This document shows positions 53,183 through 64,000 of a stretch of 64,000 bases of DNA, piece after piece (position 1 is the first letter of the stretch; each line of letters starts with the position of its first letter). The translations under genes and the position numbers were made by a program. This stretch comes from Camelus dromedarius (Eukaryota): the NCBI RefSeq assembly GCF_036321535.1, contig NC_087436.1:71302001-71366000 (forward strand), given 5' to 3'. The notes below the pieces were generated by a model that searched no databases, was not told the origin of the DNA, and saw only the letters and a list, made by a program, of their open reading frames with translations.

Positions 53183-54439
53183 GACATAGGGTCTTAAAAG
53201 TCATGGCAAGAATGTGAATTTTAATGGGAAGCAACTGAAAGCTTTTAAACAAAGAAAAGTTCATCATGTTTAGAAAGGTCACTTCAACTTTTATGTAAAG
53301 GATGAAGAGAGACACAAATGGACCAAAAAAAAAAAAAGCAAAAAGCAAACCTCCAGAAGGTCACTGTAGTATCCAGGGGAGAAACGATAATGGGATAATG
53401 GTTTAAACCAAAGCTGTAGCATTGGAGATTTCATATGTAGATTCAGAATATATTTTAGAGAACAATCTGAAGATTTATGCATGGGTTTTATGAAAGAGAT
53501 GAGGGAAAGAGGAGTCTAGCATAAGCCTATATTTGCAGCCTGAGAATTATGGCTCAAACTTTTCTGTTTGGAGGAAGTCACACAGGGGTAGCTGTTAAGG
53601 GACGATCTTCAGCACTGTTAAGTTTGAGACGGCTACCTGACATCCAAGTGGAGAAGCTGAATGAGAAGCAGGACACACGTAAAAGTCTAGAGCTCAGGGA
53701 AGAGGTCAGGGCCAGACCCACGGAGTCATTACTATTTGATGATATTTGAAGCCACAAAATCACACGAGATCATCTAGGTTGAGAGTGTAGATACAGCTCA
53801 GTGTAGCACTGAGCTGGTGTATGGACAGAGTACATGGTTGATTCATGAGAGCCCAAAAAGTGTGATGGCCCCACACTGTTAAAGCACAGGATGACTGAAG
53901 ACCTCAAGGTCTCTGTGCTGCCCCACGGCACAGTCCCGCCACCAGTTCTTGAAAGCAAAGTAACTTCAGAAACTTAAAAGCACTTCATAGTGACTGCTGG
54001 CTACTGAATAAATTAAAATGAGGATACAAGCTCCATCTACCATTGGGAAATCTTTACATGAATCAAAAGAGGTATCCAAGGATCAGACACATTAAGCGGT
54101 TTGTCCAAGTTCACAGTTTCTGTATTCTGCCAGAGCTTGGCCTCAGGAGATAGCGCTTACCAGTGCTTCCAACGTACATGCAGCCTCCGGGCAAGAGGAC
54201 CAAGAGAGGAAGTTGTAGTTGTGCACAGTTAATCCAACGTGGGACTGACAGGTGCTGAGTCAAACTGGCTGGAATTATGACTGGGCAGTGGGCAAGGGCC
54301 AAGACAGCGTTACAGACCAAAAGAAAGAAAAAGTTCAAACTTTTTTTACCAGAGAAAGCAGATCAGCTGGGAAAAACTAGTATCCAGTATCCCTGCACAC
54401 AAACAAGAAGCAGACAGCTGAGTTATGGTGTCTGGCACT

Positions 54440-54605
54440 GACTGAGATCATGTTAGAAATGTAAGCTTTCAGGTCCTTCTGCAAACCTACTAAATCAGAA
54501 ACTGTGAGGTGGCACCTAGCAAGCAATGTTTCAGCAAGCCCGCAGGAGGTTCTGATGCACACTAAGGTTAGCGGCCCCTTGGGAAGAATGATGGTTCTCA
54601 GCATC
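54440..54605. mobile_element. MER5A fragment
   Basis: 'tgttagaaatg...cctactaaatcagaaact...caggaggttctgatgcacact'. Confidence 0.8.
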
Positions 54606-54961
54606 GGTTAGCTCTTCCTCAAATGCAATGTATGAGGAACTCTCCCAGGGAAACGGCTGCATCAACAGAGCTGGCACAACATTGCTATGATGAGGTAACT
54701 TGGTCCTCCCGTACAGCATATCCAAGGGGCAGTCCCTTCTGCTCTTAATGTTTTATAAACTTCTAAATATATTTCTCTAATATACACATGCACGTGTAGA
54801 TAGGTAGGTAGACAGATTGGCAGATTTCTCTCTAATCTGATTATTTCCACATTGCATTAGGAGTCAAGCTATAATATCTCCCAAAATGGTAATAGCAGTT
54901 AGGTTCTTTGAAGTCTTCAAGAACACAGGATTTGTGCATACTTAGTGGATTAAAAATAAAC

Positions 54962-55045
54962 AAGAAAGGAAAGAAAGGAAAGAAAGGAAAGAAAGGAAGA
55001 AGAAAGGAAGAAAGGAAGAAAGGAAGAAAGGAAGAAAGGAAGAAA

Positions 55046-55118
<73 letters not shown>
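54962..55118 (+). repeat. Compound (GAAAGGAAA)/(GGAA)/(GAAA)n microsatellite
   Basis: Purine-only tract ending in a long pure GAAA array. Confidence 0.97.
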
Positions 55119-55119
<1 letters not shown>

Positions 55120-57124
55120 GCATTATTAGAAAGTAATCATATCTCAAAGGTAATACACATGCAATTTCCACTCCAAACTAGGATTAATGAATAATGGTTA
55201 GTGTGATGTTTTGATTTCTCCCTTGGGCCAGGACTGCACTGTCCGTAAGGATAAACAGAACACAAACTTAGTTACAGAGTCAAAGAACAACAGTTCCAGA
55301 AGGAATCTCAGGAAGCTTATAGTCAGCAGTTTCCTAATTTTAAGTCGCTGGGCTCCTAGGGACCAGTGGAGGCAGCAATGCAGATCTGTGAATGACTGTC
55401 TCTATGTCATAAGGCTGAACAGAACAGTACAGGTCAATGAACAATTTAATCTTTTTATTAGAAAAGATCATCAACCAGTACAGAGGGAGAGTAATTTGTA
55501 CTCACTGGGGACTTAGACCAGCACAATTTTGTATTATTATTTTTTGATTATTAATAGATAGGTTAAATGATTAATTACTTGATAAATCATTTATCTGGTT
55601 TACAAAATATTTCAAAACATAAGATCCAACAGGTAGAACAACAACAAAAAAATCACAGATCTAATTCAAACCCCTAATTTTTAAGCATGGGGAAGATAAC
55701 AAGGTAGTTTCATGAGTACAGCCCAAATTTAATTTAAACATCTTCATAGGTTAACATGTTTCTAAAATGTTTCCAAGCATAGCACATAAAAAAAAAAACA
55801 AAAAAAAAAACAAAAAACAAAACTCTCCCTAAAATTTTTAGTTTAATGGTTAGGGTCTAGGGCCAATATACTAGGTTTCTGGAGACCTCCCCCACCATTA
55901 TGCTAGGTCTTGGTGTGGTACCATAGTTCAAGCCAAATGTGACAATGATGTGCAGCTGACCAAATAGAAACAGAGCTCTCACGGTGACTTAATTTTATCT
56001 GGGCCCACATCACTATGCTTGGTCTGTTTTCTTGTCCTGGCAGCCAGTTAATACCATCCTCAGAGCCAGGTATGCAAAATAAAGGACTATATGAAGCCAG
56101 GCAGGAAAGCATGACATATTGGCACCCTATAAGCAAGATCAAATATCCTGCAAGCCCAAAGGAAGTACTACCCCAAGATTCCAATCACTATGTTAGAAAG
56201 CATCACATTTCACAGATAATGCTAAATAAAACGTTTCCCACTGTGTTTGGGTTGCTAACATTTGCAGAATCTCTCTCTAAGTGCTGTTCTTCATTTTCTT
56301 TTGGGCTTACTTGCTCAGACTGGGTCCCGCTATATTCACATGACACCCAAGCTTCTAACAGCACAGCCCTCTCAATCTATAAAGATCTTCCATATTGAAG
56401 GACACCACCGGACAGAAGCAGGCCTTCCAGAAATCTCATATGTTTTAAATTGGGATTGGAAAGTTCTATCAGCTAGTCAAAAAACTCGCCAGGACCCCCA
56501 AAAGCCTACTTTTATATGCCATTTTAGTTCAAAAATGCATTTTCTGGTAGTTGAAGCTAGGGACCCACCATGCCACCTTTATCTCCACCCCCAATCCCAA
56601 TTGCCTCCATAGACCTGTAAATAATGCATCCTCTCTGCTGTATGCTTTTTTTTTTAATGGAAGATTCTAGACTGGAAAAAAATAGATATAAGATAGCATA
56701 GCATATTAACCAACATCACCAAATAGGAGATATGAAAGAAACAAGAAAAGAAAATCAGACCCTGAGCAACAGTATATACCACCTAATGCCACCAAACTCT
56801 TTATCCCCAAAATGTCTCATTCTGAGATTCATAATTTAAAATATCTGAGCAAAACGAAAGGCCTGAGAGAGATGTTAAAATTATGACTTATGCCTCATTA
56901 ATTCCATTCCATCCATGGCTATACCCCACCACCAAAGGGAAATGTTTCTAAAGCAGGAGTAGTGTGCTGTGTACATACATGCACTGAATGACTGAGTGGT
57001 CAACTGTATAAAACTGAAGTATTATAATAATAACAACAGTAAGAGGTCAATCACAGTTACCATCACCTTTATCAACTCTGAAGATGCTAATACACGGAAC
57101 AAGATATTTTCACTTTATATTTCT

Positions 57125-57325
57125 AAATAGAATCTAAGCAAGAACTTTCTACATGGCAGAGCTGTATATGTATATAAAGAAGATGGAAAGGAGTGAGTCT
57201 CCCATCCTTAAGAGTCTTCAGGAGAGCACAGATCAGAGCATCCCTCAGAGAAGAGGATGCTAAAGGAGCCCTGTATCAGGTGGAGAAAGTGATCTGAAAA
57301 TTACAGGATTTTCCCCCAAAGTATT
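57125..57325 (+). mobile_element. L3/CR1 3' fragment
   Basis: 'aagaactttct...agagctgt...gagtgagtctcccatccttaagagtcttcagg'. Confidence 0.5.
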
Positions 57326-57499
57326 CACTTCACAGGAGACTGTGTTTTCCATAAGTCAGGTCACAGGCTGAGTTAGATAACTGCAGCCTTTTTTATTTTG
57401 CAAACTTAATCCTCATCGTCATTATTACTAATTATGAAAATATTAAGGACAAGTAATTATAATAAATGGAAAAAGAAAGAAAGGGATTGTAGCAACAAT

Positions 57500-57700
57500 C
57501 AGCAACTTCCTAGAGCTAGGCTGTGTGAAAGACGCATCAACATTCTGGTAAGGCCTTGACCTAACAAGCATTACTTCCCCCACTTTACGGAAGGAAAAAG
57601 ACTTCCAAAAGGTTAAATAACTTGTTGAAGGTCACAAGGCTGATAGGCAGTAGAACTGAAAGTGGAGTCCAGGTTTCCCTGATTCTAAACCAACACCACG
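57500..57700 (-). mobile_element. MIR SINE
   Basis: 'cccactttacgg...aggttaaataacttgttgaaggtcaca...cagtagaactg'. Confidence 0.75.
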
Positions 57701-58629
57701 CCCGCTCCCAGCATGAGCCATTTCCCTCAACCATTTTACAAAATTTTCACTTCTTTCATCAATAGCACTTAGATTTTACCAAACTGAACTCTTCCAAAGT
57801 ATCATAACTCTAAAAATACTTAGTTTGGCTGCTGTTCCTCTTCTTTGGTGTTTATTGATCATTCGCACTATAAAACTCTAAATTTAGTATCTTCTAAATA
57901 TTTTATAAAAGTAAACTAGATAATGTTTTTCAAAACTGATCAGACTATATACTGTCTTTCTGTTTCTTTAAGACTACTGACTCTGGACTTAAGACATCGG
58001 TGCAATCATATATCCCTGTTTCTTCAATCAATAAACCAGAATTTTTAGAAATTTGTTATAGTTATGGAAGATTTGAACCTGTTTATCAAAGAACTGACAA
58101 TTAAACCACAATAAGAGCAATGATAATCTCTTGACACATTTAGCGAAGTCTAATATTGCTCAAAAAGTAATCAACTCCTTTGAAAATAAATGAAAAAAAA
58201 AACAAGTGTTTAAAATTTCTTATTTTAGAGACAGAGAATTCAAATCTGCCTACCTTAACAAGAAGTACAATTGGGTTTTTTTTCTCCAAAATATTTTTTT
58301 TTAGTTTCATTGTCATAGACTGACAATAGTAAGATAAAACCTCCTTTTTCAATTGCATTTCTGATTAATCTCTCTATATTTCTAACAGTATTAAAAATAT
58401 ACACGTTAATTCATGTCCTGGCCTCCTTGTCAGCCACCCACATTATGAGGAGCGCATTCAGGTAGCCTGAGGCATGGGAACCACTAGGCGCTTTGTTGTC
58501 CACAGACCTTAGGGCCAATCCAGCTCTGCCACCAGTACTAAAGACCTAACAACAAATTTGTCACTGGCCTTTGAATCAAAGCATGTAATTAAACACTGAT
58601 TTTCTCTGCCTTTTCTATGGTTTTTCATA

Positions 58630-58730
58630 TAGATGTGTGCATATGTGTATACATTTGTGTGTTTATGTGTGTATAAATATTTATGTATGCATATATACAT
58701 ATATTTCCATACACACACACTCATATAAGT
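58630..58730. repeat. TG/TA/CA low-complexity tract
   Basis: Alternating purine-pyrimidine dinucleotides. Confidence 0.7.
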
Positions 58731-59259
58731 ATAGTAAATATGTTAAATGACATAAAATAAAATGGAATTTAATATCAAAAGCAATTCATTTATTGATAGG
58801 GTTATTCTTATATGTTTTGTTTTTTTGGAAGTTAGGTAGAGCTGATCAAATTACCCTTTATGCTGTAAACAAGTCACTAAAACAATATTAGAGATTCTCC
58901 TGAGAGAGCAGAAAGATGTAAGGCATAAGAACATATAAGTATTGTATAAGTAAATACAATAAGAAAGTGAGGAAAACATTTCAGATGGAAGAAAGTACAG
59001 CCATAGAAAGAGGTTTACTAAACAAGGCACTTAATTCACCAAACTTGAAAAGATGAAGGCTGATGATGGGAGAAGTCAGAGTTTTCAAATTCATTGTTCA
59101 TAACCCCCTTAAGAGAACATGTGGGGAACAAAACTGAGAAAAAAGTTACTGAGAGAAAAAAAAAACCTCCCTAAACTCCACAGAAGGTCCTATGACTTTC
59201 GCAAAACTTTTCTAGGAAGAAAGCAACATAATCAAGGAACAGGAATCCTCGCCTCTCTC

Positions 59260-59870
59260 TCATTCCGAATGCCCGGGCAAGCCTGTCAATATCACCTACA
59301 GCCACTGACTTCGGCCTTGAGACACATCTCTAGGATTTACCCCCCTTCTCTCTCTGTCTCTCTGTCTCTCTCTCTCTTGTATCATATTTGATCCTATATT
59401 AAGGTAAATACTGACCAAGACTACTTTGGTTCTCCCGTGTATTCATTATATATGTTACAGAGTTCACGAAATCAACTTACCCCATCGTCTCTTAGTTTTA
59501 ATGGCCATCACAAAACCTCCTACTTTCCTCAGAGGCTCCTCCTCCTCGCCATCTCATCCTCTGCCATTATCAGTGATCGCTTTCACATACATGGTTCTCT
59601 TTTCAATTGTCTGATGTCACAAATATTGCTTTCTCCAGGAACTTTCTACCATCCTTCAAGGCAGAAACAATCTTTCCATCATCCAGAGTCTCACAGCCCA
59701 TCTCTTCTAGTCTTAGAGAGTTTAAAACATTCTGCCTTGTACTTTGGTTATGCTTTTGCGTGTCTTATTTCCAGCACTCTTGGAAGACAAAGGTTATGTC
59801 TCAGTATTTCCCACAGCAATTAGTCTACACTCTACATATCTTAGCTTTTCAAAATGCTTTATTGAGTGAT
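59260..59870 (+). mobile_element. L2 fragment (degraded)
   Basis: 'tcacaaatattgctttctccaggaactttct' and terminal 'tatttcccacagcaa...caaaatgctttattgagtga'. Confidence 0.5.
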
Positions 59871-62239
59871 CACTATTTCTAAAGCCAAAGATTATTAAGA
59901 CAAATGAATAACACAGTTTTTACAGTTAAGAACCTTGAGGTTGGGTTTCATTTACAAGAACTCTGTGACCTCAAAGCCTGATTATGCACAAGGGCCTCAT
60001 ATCAATATCTCGCTGCGCTTTTGTTCTTGTTTTAAAGATAATTTATCCAGAAGAAGATATTAAAGATGTGGTCATCACTATTTTACAGTTCCTAAAGCAT
60101 TTCTTGAGTATCTAAAACTCGATATTAGGGGTATAATGAAGCCCTAGTTGCCAAGGCACTGAGAAGACTAGCAAGCATTACTTCCCAGGCCAAGAGCAGA
60201 AAGAAAAAGCACTTTCCCTCCCCTTTTACTTTCTGTTTTTCCATTCCTATACAAAGAAATATGTGTAATATCATATTTACTTTCTTTCTCAATTTTTAAC
60301 TCATCTTTAAACTTAATTAAAAAATGTACCACTATACCAAAGTTAGACAAGATAATGGGAAATGAATCATAATCAAATTGATGTAAATCAAATCATAAGC
60401 TGACCAAGTGGTACTTATAAACAAACATGAATAGTTTAGATTAACTACAAAATAACTATTAAAAAGAAGTAAGTTCAAAATCTGAAAACATTTAGACTTT
60501 TTTTTTTTTTCCACTTCCAACTTTATTCCAAACTCACATCCTTGGGTATTTTTTCTATAAGATCGACTAAATTACACAAGAGAATTGCAGCCAAAAAATC
60601 TGGAAAAGGCTTGACATATGCATGACTCTGGGTTGATGCAAATTAGATGCAAAATGTGAAAATGATCAAGGACTTTGCCAAACCCTCCTTCTTCACCCTG
60701 GCTAAGCACAAACTGGCTGCCTATGCACTTGAGAAAGGAGGCAGGCTGGGAAATGTATCCACAGCCCAGACCCAGCCCAGGCAGGCACTACTCACCACGA
60801 GGATTAACACTGTAGGGCCACAACTTGGCTAAATCTCAGGTGAGAAGTAGTGAGGCCTTGTCATGGTACTGGTTCTCCCAAACTAGTTAAATTAGAGGAC
60901 ACTTAACCACTTTTCCCCTTCAACTTCTGGAAATTACAAGGTATGGGGGCTCGGAGTGTCTTCTAATCATGCACTGCTAAAACAGCCTCGTGTAGGTGCC
61001 CAGACGTGAAACAAAATTTCAGTCCTTTATTCCTCAGACCTTCTGAGGTTTCTTACATCAGCATGAAAACCGTGAAGACACACATCTCCCTCTGTGCCTT
61101 CAGTAAAATACATGACACCTTCGACAGACATGTTCCATAGGAGAAAAATGTGGCAGGTGCCTGGCCTTTAACGATCAGGTTTGCCTTATAAAAGCAGACG
61201 TTCAAATGTCAGCATCTAAGGATCAGTCCTTGAAAACTCTGAGTCCACTATAAATAGCTACAGATTTGGAACTATTTTTAGTACCAAACATTTCATTTAC
61301 CAGATTGAGTGGTATTTATAATCTCCAGTCAAATGTTCTCAAGCCCAAGCACACTGGCTCACAATACCTTTTAAAACAGACTTTTTAAAAAGTGTCTCTG
61401 GAACTGGACTTAAGGAAATAAGCATGGCAAGAACATACATTTGAAGAGACCAAGTCCCAAAGCATAAGTCTTAAGGCAGAGAAGTCTTAAGACTGTTTTC
61501 CTTGTAAATTTGCAGCTGTCCACAAAGACTTCATCTGGCCATGCCCCAAATCTAAAAAGGATCAGATAACTGCAATACTAACCAGATGTGACTACCAGAT
61601 ATTTTAGAAAAGAGGTTCTGTTTATGGTCCCCAGATGGTTAACCTCAAGCTTCTGAGACCCCTGCTGTAATAGAGAAGATCCCCGATAGACGCCCCAGGG
61701 CACCTACAAGTGGTCTGGAGTGAGCACCAGGCAGGAGGAAGAGCATCTCTACCTGTGTTTTCATCTGGCCCTCCCTGAGCTTACCCATTTTACGTATTAT
61801 TTTGTTAGGTAACCCCCAGTGATTTCATTTGAAGGAGAATCCCAAATGTTAAAAAAAAAACTGAAAACTTCTGTCCCAGATAAGCTCCCTTGATTGTAAA
61901 ATCAGCCCACACCAGTCAGTTCTTCCACTCCCAATCAGTCTCCACTGATGGTAATCCAGGGGAATTAACACAGCAATATTGTTCTAGCAAGTCCAGAAAA
62001 ATCCAGTTTCCTTATGTTGTGAATACATGACATAAAGCCCACTAACCAAGTGACCCTTTATTTTGGCAAATCTGAAGACCACAAAATATGACTGTGAGCC
62101 ACCACTACTCACAGGGGAGACTGAATGGTGTTACAGGGCAAGTGCCAGGGCTCCGTGGAATAAAGAAACCTACTTTCAACAGGGATTCCCAGGCAGACGT
62201 GTCTTCGCGCTCAGAAGTGTGTGAAACGCCTGCCATCAC

Positions 62240-62700
62240 CGTGACTCCTGACCACTGGACTCTCGCTTCAGAGACACAGAAGCAGAGAGGAAAAGCATTT
62301 CTCCAGCCTCAGGCCAAGGACCACGAGGAACACACCTCCAGTTGACAAGCTGGGTTTATTACATGTTGCACGGAGCTGAGCGCACACCAGAGGGAATCGC
62401 AAGCCTCTCAGTGAGAGAGCTTTAGAAAGAACCTATTAACGGGATGTAGGCTTTGGATGAGTAATTTGGAAGAGGTTCCAGAGAAGCAGGCTTTTTAAAA
62501 AATTGAATGCTGTCAGAAAACAAGGACAATCCCATGATTGAACATTGCAATAATCTCACCCATAAATTCTCACCCATAAATAGGACAGACTAGAGCAGGC
62601 ATAAAGCTGGAATTGGTAAAGAATTAGCAGCCACTCATAAATGATAATCGTGGCAAAGAACAGGAAAAGGTCATGCTAGACAGGAATAGATATCCTTGGC
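62240..62700 (-). mobile_element. Ancient ERV solo LTR (family uncertain)
   Basis: 'gggtttattac' (AATAAA on minus), 'gatgctgtcag'-like and 'aaagctggaattggtaaagaa...gcagccactcat' motifs; 14-bp tandem duplication at 62554-62581. Confidence 0.55.
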
Positions 62701-63754
62701 CACACTGGCTGAGAGTCACTGTCAGTTCCTCCCTGCAGAAGACTTTGACGTTGATTTCAGAAACCCACAGAATAACAATTTAGTCATTATGCATATCTAA
62801 GCCTAGTCACATTCTAGACCACGGCTCTGAATGTCACTCACGGCATTTTTCTATCCTCCTCAATAATGCCCGTGTTAAAATAACTTTCTTGTCATTTCAT
62901 ACAGGTTCCTGGAATAAGTAAAATCTACCTATTTCAGTCAAGTTTCTGATGTCCAAAGGATTAAAAATAGCTGAGCATTACTGCTTGCTTTTCAAACTAT
63001 CTGGAGGAAAAAAAGTTTCTTTTCTCCCCAGTTGGCCTCAGACCCATAATTTTGAAAAACTAATTACTAGAAAAATGAAATGAAAAAAAAAGCAGAAAAC
63101 ACCAGCCCCAACTTTTAAAAAAAATTATTAGATTCAATACAAATATAATAACTGTTACATTGTTTAAAAAGTTTCTGTATATAGTCTCACTCTCTGCATG
63201 TATCTTGTCAAAAACCTGAGTCTACAGAGACACTTTGAATAGCACTATTTTTTTAATTAAAGAATTCTGTTTAATAAAAATTAATTCTGTCTCAGTCCAC
63301 TGCCCATTTCAAACTTAAACAAGGTAGCATTAGAGAAAGAAGAGGAAAGGGGTCTAAGGCCAGACTGAGGCCAAAGTGAGACGCACACCTCCTCTGAGCA
63401 CATCGGGAAGCAGCCTGACTGATCAGGTTCATTCTCCTGCTCTCAGCCTGCTGTAGGTGCCCCAAGTCAGTGATATGGGTCTGACTGACCACCACTGTGT
63501 AGCAGCAACAACCACCATCTTACACCTCTCCATATGCTTCCACACAGCCTTGCAGACATGGACACATACAGAAACACTGCACTCCGTTGCAATTAATTTA
63601 TTTCTCAACCTGTACTTGGAACATGACTAAGTTAAAAGAATAAATCCATACATTTTTAAAGGCCTTTAAAGAACTAAAGACAACAGTTGTCACAGTTTCA
63701 TAAATTAAAGTTCAGGAGTAAAACGGCAAATAGGAAAAAGCACAGAGTGTCTCA

Positions 63755-63860
63755 TTTGAATCATTCAATCATTCACAAATATTTACTGAGTGCCCACTAT
63801 GCCAGGCAATATTCTAGGTGGTAGAAATAAGTAATAAATACATAGATCAAAAAGTAAAAA
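63755..63860 (-). mobile_element. L2 3' tail
   Basis: 'tcattcaatcattcacaaatatttactgagtgcccactatgccaggca'. Confidence 0.85.
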
Positions 63861-64000
63861 ATAAAAATAAAGAGGTAAGGAATTTCACTCAGGGCAAAGG
63901 TCATGCTAAGAACTCTCTAATGGAAATGAAAAATTAATGCCCGTGCTCCCTTTCTATGAGCAAGAGCTTCAAAGGACACATGTAGAAAATCAAATCCCTG

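Larger units (their letters stand above)
52055..53730 (-). mobile_element. L2 host element interrupted by MER5/MER5/L1
   Basis: L2 tail at about 52060, 'gaccagatcttgcag' at 52492 resuming at about 53185 ('gggtcttaaaagtcatggcaagaatgtgaatttt'), and 'gacatccaagtggag' at 53640. Confidence 0.75.

Noticed and set aside
54908..55171. Lys/Glu/Arg-rich and Phe/Leu/Ser-rich ORFs
   Set aside because: Translations of the (GAAA)n repeat.
1..64000. CRISPR arrays, operons, tRNA/rRNA genes, a CpG island or a novel multi-gene system
   Set aside because: None seen; the sequence is mammalian intron-like DNA explained by known repeat classes plus unique non-coding stretches.

Overview
Mammalian, AT-rich, essentially non-coding genomic DNA. 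It is most likely camelid: the young L1 3' UTRs resemble the Vicugna/Camelus L1 families, and I see no Alu, B1/B2, BovB/Bov-tA or PRE1 SINEs. A large part of the window is interspersed repeat: young and old L1, many L2 and MIR fragments, hAT DNA transposons (Zaphod x2, a near full-length Charlie1a, MER5), a MER2-type Tigger MITE, old LTRs and microsatellites. No complete protein-coding gene is present, and almost all ORF-track entries are repeat-derived or chance. The best non-repeat signal is a 236-nt CpG-retaining candidate exon on the minus strand (38010-38245) with canonical splice sites. A strong plus-strand L1 bias suggests the window lies in large introns of a minus-strand gene that I could not identify. 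I found no evidence of a new biological system. The most speculative lead is a possible spliced 66-aa transmembrane microprotein/uORF. Repeat names come from my recall of consensus sequences and need RepeatMasker/Dfam confirmation; most repeat boundaries are approximate.
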